Shown: in pieces, positions 50,976-59,744 of the stretch
How the letters are laid out: every line of letters starts with the position of its first letter
How positions within the stretch are numbered: position 1 is the first letter of the stretch
Position numbers and translations under genes: made by a program
Notes under the pieces: model-generated
What the model saw: only the letters and a program-made list of their open reading frames with translations
Databases searched by the model: none
Told to the model about the DNA's origin: nothing
Origin: Balanoglossus misakiensis
Lineage: Eukaryota > Animalia > Hemichordata
Assembly (NCBI GenBank): GCA_040954595.2
Contig: JBECUI020000031.1
Coordinates: 186,001 to 250,000, forward strand
DNA: 64,000 nt
Reading direction: 5' to 3'

Positions 50976-52475
50976 CTACAAGGCCATGGCTAGGATTTTT
51001 TTTTGGGACATATCACTACGAGAAAGTTCACCGGCCATACGCCCTTCTTTCATGACAAAGACTCGATCACACATGCCCAATATCTCCGGTAGATCGCTGG
51101 AAATAAGAATGATTGACCGTCCTTCCATAGCAAGTTCATTGATGATTCTATGGATCTCACTCTTGGCGCCAACGTCGATGCCCCGGGTCGGCTCATCCAT
51201 AATAAGGATATTCGGATTGATTACCAGAGACTTTGCCAGGGAAACTTTCTGCTGGTTCCCTCCCGAAAGCTTAGCCACAGTAAAATCTCTATCGGGGGTT
51301 TTTACCCCTAGTTTCTCTATGTATTCGTCAACATATTGTATCTCTGTGTTCTTTTTGACAATGCCTATACCGTTCGAAATCTGTGGCTGAAGCTTATGGG
51401 TAAGGTTTATCCTTACAGACATATCCACAATCAATCCATAAGCTTTTCGATCTTCAGAAACATAATCAATACCAAGAGCCTGAGCTGAACGATAATTGGG
51501 AATAGAAACCAGCTTGCCCCCTATCATGATACTGCCAGAATCCGGCTTAGTGAGTCCGCAAATTGCCAGAGCCAGTTCCGTACGTCCTGCACCAGCCAAA
51601 CCGGCCAAACCAAGAATCTCACCCTTCCGAAGGTTGAGGTCGACATCATACAACACATCGCCCTGACTTATTCCCTTTGCCTCAAACACCACTTCCCCAA
51701 GCTCCACACTGGTCTTGGGGTAGAGTCGCTCAAGGCTCCGTCCCACCATCCAGGTTACCAATTGGTCCCTGTTCGTTGCCGATACTTCTGAAGTTGCGAT
51801 ACCGCAGCCGTCTCTGAGAACGGTCACCCGATCGGCAATTTCAAAGATTTCATCCAACCTATGGCTGATGTAAAGCATGGAATGCCCTTCGGAACGTAAT
51901 TTGCGTATGACATTGAGAAGGGTATCAACCTCCTTATTCGTCAATGCGGCCGTTGGTTCGTCTAAAATGAGTATGGGAGAATCAAAAGTTAATGCCTTGG
52001 CAATTTCTATCATCTGCTTGGTGGCAACACCCAGCCTTGAAACAGTTGTGTCGAGATCAATAGACATTCCCAAGCGTTCAAAAATTTGTGTAGCCCTGCG
52101 CCGCATTGCAGGGTAATCGTTGATTCTCAAAAAACCGAGGAAGGGCTTTTGGAGCTCGTGGCCTATGAAGATGTTCTCCAGAACGCTGAGCTCGGGAAAC
52201 AGGCTCGATTCCTGATAAATTATAGCGATTCCCTTGGTATAGGCATCGTGAGGATCGTGAATTATACATTCCTCTCCATTTAAGCTTATGGAGCCAGCAT
52301 CAGGAGAATGCACACCACAGACAATCTTGATCAGTGTCGATTTCCCGGCACCGTTTTCCCCGCAAATAGCAAGGACCTCGCTTTTCCTGAGCTCCAAAGA
52401 GACATTAGAAAGGGCCTTAACACCTGGAAATGACTTCTCTATGTTGCTAACACGGAGTATTACTTCTTTATTCAT
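50976..52475 (-). CDS. Monosaccharide ABC transporter ATPase with tandem domains (RhaT/RbsA-like)
   Basis: GENGAGKST, LDEPTAAL, LSGGNQQKV, DEPTRGIDVGAK. Confidence 0.95.
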   Translation of the reverse strand: MNKEVILRVSNIEKSFPGVKALSNVSLELRKSEVLAICGENGAGKSTLIKIVCGVHSPDAGSISLNGEECIIHDPHDAYTKGIAIIYQESSLFPELSVLENIFIGHELQKPFLGFLRINDYPAMRRRATQIFERLGMSIDLDTTVSRLGVATKQMIEIAKALTFDSPILILDEPTAALTNKEVDTLLNVIRKLRSEGHSMLYISHRLDEIFEIADRVTVLRDGCGIATSEVSATNRDQLVTWMVGRSLERLYPKTSVELGEVVFEAKGISQGDVLYDVDLNLRKGEILGLAGLAGAGRTELALAICGLTKPDSGSIMIGGKLVSIPNYRSAQALGIDYVSEDRKAYGLIVDMSVRINLTHKLQPQISNGIGIVKKNTEIQYVDEYIEKLGVKTPDRDFTVAKLSGGNQQKVSLAKSLVINPNILIMDEPTRGIDVGAKSEIHRIINELAMEGRSIILISSDLPEILGMCDRVFVMKEGRMAGELSRSDMSQKKILAMAL

Positions 52476-52530
52476 ATAAAAACAGATCCACTATAACTAG
52501 CTACTAAGGAATTCTGGGATCCTGATATGA

Positions 52531-52569
52531 CACATAAAAGCCAGGAAGGCTCTTCCCAGCTTTTATGTG
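52531..52569 (-). terminator. Intercistronic stem-loop after the SBP gene (terminator or mRNA stabiliser)
   Basis: CACATAAAAGC...GCTTTTATGTG 11-bp outer stem plus inner GGAAG/CTTCC. Confidence 0.6.
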
Positions 52570-52582
52570 AGGCTATTGGAGA

Positions 52583-53734
52583 TTATTTAAGGAAATACTC
52601 CATTCCATGATCATCAGTGGGATAACCACGGAAACGATTGATATTGGTAAGGTTCCAAACTATGGGAGGACCAAGAACAATCTCGTTATTCGCCAGAATC
52701 TTATGACCTTCCCTGGGATAACTCACAACGGAACCGTCTACAAAGTTGATGGTCATGTTCGTTCCGCTCAAAGGGCTGGGATATCGGGAGCCAGTAGGCT
52801 CACGACCTTCCAGTACATCATAAGCGACATGCATAGCGAGATAACCAAGGTCAAAGGGCTGCCACAGGACAACACCTGACATTCTCCCTGCTTCCATGTC
52901 GTTGCGGGAGCTTTCAGGTACGCTGATCCCCACAATTTTTACAGCGTCTTCAATGCCAAGCTGATCGCGTGCCGAGGAAACAGCCGGAACCGTGTTTGAC
53001 GATAAGGCAACGATGCCCTTGATGTCACTGTTGGCAGAAAGTAGTGCCTTGACCTTCTCATCAGCGGTGCCTTGATCGTTTCCAGCATAAACAATTTCGT
53101 TGGGACTCCGTAACAAATCAACATGCGCATACTCGCCGCCCATCTTCGATTCGTATTCTTGAATAATAGCATTCAGCCAGGCATTCTGGTTGGGAGAGTC
53201 ATTGGTCGTGGAAACTAACGCCACCTTGGCCTTATTAGAAGCGGAGTATCCCGCCTTAAGCTCACCGGAGATTCCCTGAAAGGTCGCAATGCCGATAGCA
53301 TCAAATTCGCCTTGGTTAACAAAGAAATCACGGGCTTCCGCTTGGACATCGGCATCCCAGGTAATAACCTTAATCCCCATGCTCATAGCCTCTTTCAGAG
53401 TTGAGGCATAGCTATCGGGATCGAGTGCAGAAACCAGAATGGCATCGTAACCACGATCGATAAAGCTTTGGATGTAGTTCTTTTGGTTGGCCGCCGAAGT
53501 TTGAGACATGGTGTCACCAACCCAGTCAAACTGAACATTCCCAAGTTCATCGGCAGCAGTTTGGAAACCGTTCCGACAGGCAATAAAATAATCTTCAGCA
53601 ATAAATTTAGGAATTACTCCCACCTTATATATCTTTTGTCCATCCATACCACTGCTTTCGCCACTCCCGCCTGCAAATAAAGGCAGAACGGCAAAGGCAA
53701 CAAGAACAAAAATACCAGCAATAATTTTTTTCAT
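52583..53734 (-). CDS. Sugar ABC transporter substrate-binding protein (RhaS/LsrB-like)
   Basis: PLFAGGSGE spirochete SBP N-terminus; IPKFI..DYF, VITWDAD, PNQNAW, LWQPFDLGY. Confidence 0.88.
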   Translation of the reverse strand: MKKIIAGIFVLVAFAVLPLFAGGSGESSGMDGQKIYKVGVIPKFIAEDYFIACRNGFQTAADELGNVQFDWVGDTMSQTSAANQKNYIQSFIDRGYDAILVSALDPDSYASTLKEAMSMGIKVITWDADVQAEARDFFVNQGEFDAIGIATFQGISGELKAGYSASNKAKVALVSTTNDSPNQNAWLNAIIQEYESKMGGEYAHVDLLRSPNEIVYAGNDQGTADEKVKALLSANSDIKGIVALSSNTVPAVSSARDQLGIEDAVKIVGISVPESSRNDMEAGRMSGVVLWQPFDLGYLAMHVAYDVLEGREPTGSRYPSPLSGTNMTINFVDGSVVSYPREGHKILANNEIVLGPPIVWNLTNINRFRGYPTDDHGMEYFLK

Positions 53735-54044
53735 ATAGCTCCTTATCTCCTCCTTGAAATTAATAGATTATTAGGAAACTTCTTTTTATCTGAAGTTGTT
53801 AGACCTAATCAATAGATAATAGCTAAAAACAAAGATGATACATGCAAGTATGCTAACATTCTTCAGCATATATTACCAGCTCTGCTTTTTAATCCGATTA
53901 GGCTCGACAATAGTTTATTTCCAGTCCTTAAGGAAATGTTAATTCCGATAAAATAGATGTGCTTTTCACCAAGTATCACAACTTACATTGATTCTAGTCA
54001 ATGTAAGTAGCCTGCCTGCAAGTTTGCCCCGGAATTCCTCAGGG

Positions 54045-54965
54045 CTATCCTCCCCGAGCATAGCAAGTCTTTAAAGTCTTGATAGATTCTTCGATTTCCC
54101 GGGCAAGGAGGTAGTCGGAATAGTCCCGGCCAAGCTTGGGACCGGGAAGTTCCAGATAGCCTATAGGGTCAGGACATGGAAGCTCGTCCTGACGAGTCTC
54201 CAGAATCTTTAAGACAGTGACTGGATTGACAATACCCCTCTTCATATCCTCTGCCCCAAACCCAAAGGTGGAATGAAACAGGGAATCGGTATTTTTAAAA
54301 TGGAACTCCCACAGCCAGGGAATTCCATGAGCAAAGAGAACCATATGATCATGAGTAACCAGGCCCTCCTTATTCGCATAACCGTGGGCAGTATCACCAC
54401 AGAGAAGAACAGGGACCATTGATTTGGAGGTATGGGCACTGGCCTCCTCAAAAAAACGCATGTAACGGATAATTTCTTCAGGAAGCGTGGGAGGCTCCGC
54501 CAAGCATGACATAGGTTCCACAGTAAGAGCCTTAAGACCAACTTCGGCGGCATATTGGGCCAGAAAGACCATGGCTTCCAGATAGTTGAGATTCCCCTGC
54601 TCCTTATAGTGTTTCTGATCTCGCAGCACGGCTCCCGGATTGGAGCCTACGGTTTCAGCACCCAGGAGAACTCCTATCTCAATATAGCGGCAGTAGGCAT
54701 CTCTGGCTGCCTGATGGAGATGTTCATCCTCAATAAAAAAGCCTCCAAGTTCGCGGTAAGAGGTGAAGCAACTACGGATTTTAATTCCATAATCCTCAGC
54801 CTGACACCGAATCCTGAGGAAGTAGCTGTCGGGAAGTCGATACATTTCAGGAAAAGAGCCGAACTGCAGGTTGACGAGTTTCAGGCGGTTCATCAGTTTG
54901 AATAGCCAGGGATAGCTGTATCGATATTGAATGGGATCGGCTTTAATACCGATTTCCGTTTTCAT
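54045..54965 (-). CDS. TIM-barrel sugar-phosphate epimerase/isomerase (EryC-like motifs)
   Basis: Metal-binding pattern EPMS, GDTAHG, HFKN, YLEL. Confidence 0.75.
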   Translation of the reverse strand: MKTEIGIKADPIQYRYSYPWLFKLMNRLKLVNLQFGSFPEMYRLPDSYFLRIRCQAEDYGIKIRSCFTSYRELGGFFIEDEHLHQAARDAYCRYIEIGVLLGAETVGSNPGAVLRDQKHYKEQGNLNYLEAMVFLAQYAAEVGLKALTVEPMSCLAEPPTLPEEIIRYMRFFEEASAHTSKSMVPVLLCGDTAHGYANKEGLVTHDHMVLFAHGIPWLWEFHFKNTDSLFHSTFGFGAEDMKRGIVNPVTVLKILETRQDELPCPDPIGYLELPGPKLGRDYSDYLLAREIEESIKTLKTCYARGG

Positions 54966-54968
54966 GGT

Positions 54969-56006
54969 TTATTCTCCACTGCAAAAAATGACTTTGTTGT
55001 ACCATAGGGTCTTTCTGAACATGGCTGTGAGCATGCTAGGACCATCCTTCAGGGCTAGGCAATGACTAACGAGAGGTTTGAGCTCGATATCTTTGCCCAT
55101 GGCAGCCAACACTCGAGTCCAATCATCTTTTCCCCGCGGTACTCCCTTGCTGTTCCACACACCATAAATGCTAAGCTCCCGGCGCAGTATGGTAGAGAAC
55201 TCCGCCTCGGGAATTGAAAAATTACCATGAATATTACCCAGAAAAACTACCTGACCAAAAAGCCCTGCCGAAGCGAGTGCCTGCCTGAAAGTAAGAGGCA
55301 AACCGCAGGCCTCCACAACAAGATCGGCACCTCCCCCAGTCAGTGAGTGAATGCTTTCTACCGGGTCCTTCTCTGCCGGGTCGACCGCTGTAAGATCCAT
55401 ATCGGCCGCAATAGCACGCTTTTTCTTGTCCGGTTCCACCAGAATCACAGGACGACAACCGCAAAGCCAAAGCCATTGGGCCGCCATGTTTCCTATAGGT
55501 CCCCCACCTATAACGGCTGCCGACATACCAGGCTGGGCTTTGAACTTGGAAACGGCATGATAAGCAACGGCACAGGGCTCAGTCATAGCAGCAAGTACTG
55601 GATCCACATGGGGAGGCAGAGGGATAAGATTAAACTCAGGTACCCAAAGAAACTCCTGAAAGCCACCATCTCGACGGGAACCGAAATAATCATAATTCCG
55701 AGACAGGGCAAATTCACCAATCTGGTTAATGCTTTCGGAAAAATCTGGAAGAAGTGGAAAAATAGCTACCTTATCCCCAAGGGAAAAACTCCCTCCAGAA
55801 GGTCCCTGTTCTATAATACCGGAAAGCTCATGGCCCATGACCAGAGGATAGCTGTAGGCTCCTCCAAGGAATCCTCGAGTCAGATCCGAGCCGCAGACTC
55901 CTGCCGCAATAATGCGAACCAGGTAGGGATTGATACCAAATGGTTCAGGTAGAGGACGTTCCTGCACAACTAGTTTACCCTTGCCCACCAAAGTAAGTGC
56001 CAACAT
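54969..56006 (-). CDS. Zn-dependent polyol(-phosphate) dehydrogenase, galactitol-1-phosphate 5-dehydrogenase-like
   Basis: GVCGSD, MGHE, YDYFGSRRDGG, GGGPIG, ILRRELSIYGVWNS. Confidence 0.85.
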   Translation of the reverse strand: MLALTLVGKGKLVVQERPLPEPFGINPYLVRIIAAGVCGSDLTRGFLGGAYSYPLVMGHELSGIIEQGPSGGSFSLGDKVAIFPLLPDFSESINQIGEFALSRNYDYFGSRRDGGFQEFLWVPEFNLIPLPPHVDPVLAAMTEPCAVAYHAVSKFKAQPGMSAAVIGGGPIGNMAAQWLWLCGCRPVILVEPDKKKRAIAADMDLTAVDPAEKDPVESIHSLTGGGADLVVEACGLPLTFRQALASAGLFGQVVFLGNIHGNFSIPEAEFSTILRRELSIYGVWNSKGVPRGKDDWTRVLAAMGKDIELKPLVSHCLALKDGPSMLTAMFRKTLWYNKVIFCSGE

Positions 56007-56015
56007 GGTTGTTCT

Positions 56016-56044
56016 ATGGTAGCCCCCCCAAAAACCCTCGTCAA
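56016..56044 (-). promoter_or_regulatory. sigma70 promoter with a G7/T5 spacer, near-leaderless
   Basis: TTGACG-AGGGTTTTTGGGGGGGC(17)-TACCAT-9 nt-ATG. Confidence 0.65.
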
Positions 56045-56072
56045 TCTCTTACGATACCCCCCTATTTTACTC

Positions 56073-56498
56073 AAGCCAATGGGCAGGGCCTTATCTTCGC
56101 GGATACACAGCAATTATGAACCTGTTTGCTAAGAATCTCCCCGGCAATGTCTGCCCAATGGCTTCAACCTCATGCTGATAGGCAACTCGTAAAAGAAAAA
56201 TATGACTTCGCTTAAAGATTAGAGAACAGCAATATTGTAATTCCTTTTGTCAGCAAGGTCTTACAAGACTCCGGTTTTCCTTTAATTAAAAACGTACAAG
56301 TAAAAATCCCTTCCGTATCAATTTTTTTCCTAAAAACAAAAGAAGTTATATTGAACATCAAAGCCGTCAACAAAAGAGGAAAGTTCATTAATAGCTGAAA
56401 TTCAGAATAACAATGACGACTTTCTCATTTTTAACAAAACGCCTAAGCTGCCGAAGGTCTGCTGATTTTAGTTGAATGGGAAGGCTAAGGCCCTGCCC
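56073..56498. repeat. Non-coding segment bounded by 13-bp inverted repeats, with a second internal inverted repeat
   Basis: GGGCAGGGCCTTA(56081)/TAAGGCCCTGCCC(56486); AAGCCAATGGGCAG(56073)/CTGCCCAATGGCTT(56151), 13/14 match. Confidence 0.6.
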
Positions 56499-56511
56499 TA
56501 GTGAAAAAAGA

Positions 56512-57624
56512 TTAGGAGTTCTTTTCCCAGTCTATCATGACCTTCAAGCTGTCTGGTTCGGAGGCCCGTTGGAAAGCATCAGAGAGCTTAGAGGGAGTAA
56601 AAAGCTCATTTTCGCCGGTCATGCGTTTCAAAAGAGGTAACTTCCCTTCGCTAATGAGTCGATGAGCCAGGCTAATACCGTGTTGGGTGGAACCGTGTGT
56701 CGCCTGATAGCACTGAAACTTGTAATGCACATCGTTGTTTAAATCAAGGTCTATGGCTATGGATGGCTTTGTCCCACTACTTTTTACCCCAGCATGAACA
56801 TCTAAGACAGAGGCATGCCCCATAAGCTCGACACCTAACCGGTATGCGGCTTCGGCCGAGACATTTACCATGATAAAGTGAGCTTCGTTGAAGGGCCGAC
56901 ATTCCGCTAGGATCTTTTCCTTTACTTCGCCGGTCCATAGGATTCCCTTTACACGCTCTCCTCCAAAGTCCCTCAGGACCCGCCGCAACCTTTCCTGGCC
57001 ACGATTGACAATGATTACCTTTCTAGCTCCTAGGGCCAGGGCATTTTGAAGGGCATAGGTCCCTTGAGACCCGGCACCAATCAGAACAACATTCCTGCCT
57101 TCAATACAATGGTTGACCCTGGTCATGCCTTCAAGATTGCAGGCCAGTGGTTCAAGATGACAGGCTTCTTCTGGGGTGACGGGAGGCTCAAACTTCATAA
57201 TAGGACCTAGGTCAACAAACCAACCAGGCAGAATGGCATAGTCACGGGCAAAGCCGGGAAACTCATGTCCAGTAGCCTGGGTTTGGGGACAACTGGTCCA
57301 ATCTCCAAGACCCTCATCCCCGCAATACCTGCAGGAACGGTCTCCGCAGGGGATATCGCAGCCCAAACCCACAAGTTCGCCAACCTTAAATTTGCTTACC
57401 CCTTTACCGACAGCATCTACCCGGCATGCGGCCTCATGCAAGATTACCGCTGGCCATTCTCTAATTCGGGGAAGTCCATGTTTATAAATAGCAATGTCGG
57501 ACCGGCATATAGAGGTTCGGAGAGTTTTTAATCTAATTTCTCCAGGGGCAGGCTCAGCAATGGTCTCCTCCACCGCTGTAAACCTTCCTCCAGGCTTGTT
57601 CAAATAGTACACTATGTTTTTCAT
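56512..57624 (-). CDS. Zn-dependent medium-chain alcohol/polyol dehydrogenase
   Basis: SICRSD, ILHEA, structural-Zn cluster PCGDRSCRYC..SC, IGAGSQG. Confidence 0.85.
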   Translation of the reverse strand: MKNIVYYLNKPGGRFTAVEETIAEPAPGEIRLKTLRTSICRSDIAIYKHGLPRIREWPAVILHEAACRVDAVGKGVSKFKVGELVGLGCDIPCGDRSCRYCGDEGLGDWTSCPQTQATGHEFPGFARDYAILPGWFVDLGPIMKFEPPVTPEEACHLEPLACNLEGMTRVNHCIEGRNVVLIGAGSQGTYALQNALALGARKVIIVNRGQERLRRVLRDFGGERVKGILWTGEVKEKILAECRPFNEAHFIMVNVSAEAAYRLGVELMGHASVLDVHAGVKSSGTKPSIAIDLDLNNDVHYKFQCYQATHGSTQHGISLAHRLISEGKLPLLKRMTGENELFTPSKLSDAFQRASEPDSLKVMIDWEKNS

Positions 57625-57680
57625 GCTTGTTTATATTATTTTAAACAGCTGTGATAAACAATGTGGAAAGCCTCATACTC

Positions 57681-58562
57681 TTATTTTTCGTTTGAGGCCC
57701 ACTGGCTTGGAGTAATCCCGGTTTTTTTTTTGAACATTTTTGAAAAATGGTAGGGATCGTTAAAGTTAAGATCGAATGCCACTTCCTTGACGGACATCGT
57801 CTTGGTTTCAAGAAGTTCTTTGGACTTGTTAATTTTGAGATGAAGGAAATATTGGTAGGGAGACATTCCAGTGTAATTCTTGAATATCCTGCGAAAACTC
57901 GTTGGATTGATCCCTATCTCGGAAGCAATAGCATCGATCAGAACCTTTTTGGAAAATCTGTCAGCAAAGATCGCTTTGGCTAGTTCAACAATAGTCTCGG
58001 CACTATCTGGTTGGAGAAAAGCTTTGCGATAAGAAATAAACTTTGAGAGGATATAGATAACCATGGCACCGATCTGCAGCTGGTAACCAGGCCTCTCAAA
58101 CCGAGCGAGCAGCAGGACTTCCTGAAAGGCCCTAATAATATCTGCATGCAGGCCTATTTCCAATATCGGCTGCCTCACATCCAGAAACTTCCGCTCGAAA
58201 ATTGTATCAATGAAAGAACCCTTACAACCTATCCAATACTCATCCCAACCAATAGAATCGTAGGGTCTATACCAATGCCTGACCCCAGGAAGCAGCAGGA
58301 ATGCCGTGCCGGGACTAATGGAGAATTCGCCACTTGAACAGCGAAAAACCCCTCCTCCCCTTGTCACGTAGACAATGGCGTATTCGGAGAGGATACGCCC
58401 CTGGTCCCAGTCAAAGAAGTACTGAGACGGATGACACTCGGGATGGGGAGGATAGACCTCCCAAGGGTGCGTTTGCGCAAAACCCACCGTAGTGGCATAG
58501 CATTGCCAAGCCTGATCTTCTTCGCTAAAGGTAAGGTATTTGGCGAATTCCTTATCGCCCAT
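57681..58562 (-). CDS. AraC family transcriptional regulator
   Basis: N-terminal cupin (YPP..HP..YFFDW..GR.L.EY), C-terminal double HTH FRRIFKNYTGMSP..FSKMFKKKTGITPS. Confidence 0.95.
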   Translation of the reverse strand: MGDKEFAKYLTFSEEDQAWQCYATTVGFAQTHPWEVYPPHPECHPSQYFFDWDQGRILSEYAIVYVTRGGGVFRCSSGEFSISPGTAFLLLPGVRHWYRPYDSIGWDEYWIGCKGSFIDTIFERKFLDVRQPILEIGLHADIIRAFQEVLLLARFERPGYQLQIGAMVIYILSKFISYRKAFLQPDSAETIVELAKAIFADRFSKKVLIDAIASEIGINPTSFRRIFKNYTGMSPYQYFLHLKINKSKELLETKTMSVKEVAFDLNFNDPYHFSKMFKKKTGITPSQWASNEK

Positions 58563-58570
58563 AAGGCTCT

Positions 58571-58600
58571 AGTATAAAGAACAAGAGCATAAAGAACAAG
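58571..58600 (-). promoter_or_regulatory. AraC-gene promoter built from a 15-bp tandem repeat
   Basis: agtataaagaacaag/agcataaagaacaag; on the minus strand TTGTTC-17-TATACT-8 nt-ATG. Confidence 0.6.
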
Positions 58601-58715
58601 TATGGGCCATCTAATTCAGATTTCCAGTGGAAAATACATTAAAATTATCAGAATAAACATTTCTTAAAAGATGTATGGTTACCAACATGAATTATTATCA
58701 ACCTGGAGGTAAAAT

Positions 58716-59741
58716 ATGGAAAAAGAAATGGCCATTCGATGGTACAAAACTCCCCTTAGCCCTCAGCGGCTCAAGGAATTAACCAAAAAAAACGATGTGA
58801 AGGGCTTTTTTCACCTGTTGGCGCACCTACTTTTCTGTGCTGCGACGGGCGGCGTAGTTTTCTTGTCTTTCCGGTTTCTTCCCTGGCCATTGACAGTACT
58901 GGCATTGTTAATTCATGGCACCTTTTATAATTTCTTGGGAATGTTCACAGGCATTCACGAGCTCTCCCATCGAACCGCTTTTACATCGCGGTTTTTAAAT
59001 GAGTTCTGGTACGTCATTCTCGGGATGCTCACCTGGAACAACATTCATAAGTTTCGGGCAAGCCACATGACTCACCACAGGGTAACAACCTATTCGGGGC
59101 TTGATCTTGAAGTAGTCCTACCAGAACGGTTCAGGGCAATAGATTGGTTTTTCATGTTCACCATCAATCCGTTTTCTGGTGCAGGCGGCGTTCCGGGAAT
59201 TATCTCCCTGATCGGAGAAACATTGCGATTTTCCTTTGGACACTTTGCAGGAGAATGGGAAAACCGGCTCTTCCCACCCACCAAGAAAAAGTACCGGTGG
59301 AAGGTTATACTTTTTTCCCAGATTACCCTTCTGTTCCACGTTCTAACAGCCACATGGTTTATCCTTTCGGGAAACTGGATTCTGGTACTGGTGGTCAACT
59401 TCGGAAGTTTTATTGCACCATGGCTGGCAATACTCTGTGCATTGCCGCAGCATATTGCTCTTTCAGGAGACATTCCAGACTGGCGCCTTAATTCGCGCAC
59501 AATGATTATTCATCCCTTTATTCGTTTTTTTTACTGGAACATGAATTATCACATTGAGCACCACATGTATGCCGCCGTACCCTTTTACAACCTTCCGGCA
59601 CTCCACGAGGAGATCAAAGCTGATTGTCCCACACCGACTAAGGGCTTGTTTCATACTTGGCGAAACCTGATACCAGTTATCCGGAAACAAAGGAAAGATC
59701 CCTCCTACCATCTGGTCCCGGAACTTCCCGAGGTCTCGTAG
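58716..59741 (+). CDS. Membrane di-iron oxygenase, fatty acid desaturase fold (MocD-like)
   Basis: Three His boxes HELSH, HMTHH, YHIEHH; WYKTP..LKEL N-terminus, PQH..NSR, WNMNYHIEHHMYAAVPFYNLPALH; GGAGG RBS. Confidence 0.88.
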   Translation: MEKEMAIRWYKTPLSPQRLKELTKKNDVKGFFHLLAHLLFCAATGGVVFLSFRFLPWPLTVLALLIHGTFYNFLGMFTGIHELSHRTAFTSRFLNEFWYVILGMLTWNNIHKFRASHMTHHRVTTYSGLDLEVVLPERFRAIDWFFMFTINPFSGAGGVPGIISLIGETLRFSFGHFAGEWENRLFPPTKKKYRWKVILFSQITLLFHVLTATWFILSGNWILVLVVNFGSFIAPWLAILCALPQHIALSGDIPDWRLNSRTMIIHPFIRFFYWNMNYHIEHHMYAAVPFYNLPALHEEIKADCPTPTKGLFHTWRNLIPVIRKQRKDPSYHLVPELPEVS

Positions 59742-59744
59742 AAG

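Noticed and set aside
48991-53734. Lsr AI-2 quorum-sensing importer
   Set aside because: The family is shared with RhaSTPQ; no lsrK/R/F/G is present, while rhaA and rhaM are
56376-56450. RNase P RNA-like GAGGAAAGT motif
   Set aside because: Not followed by the conserved core; the spacing to any 3' motif is far too short
46188-57658. Shared 12-mer AGCTGTGATAAA upstream of rhaA and of the MDR gene as a regulon operator
   Set aside because: At rhaA it is explained as an extended -10 (TG-A-TAAAAT), and it has opposite orientation relative to the second gene; two copies are insufficient evidence
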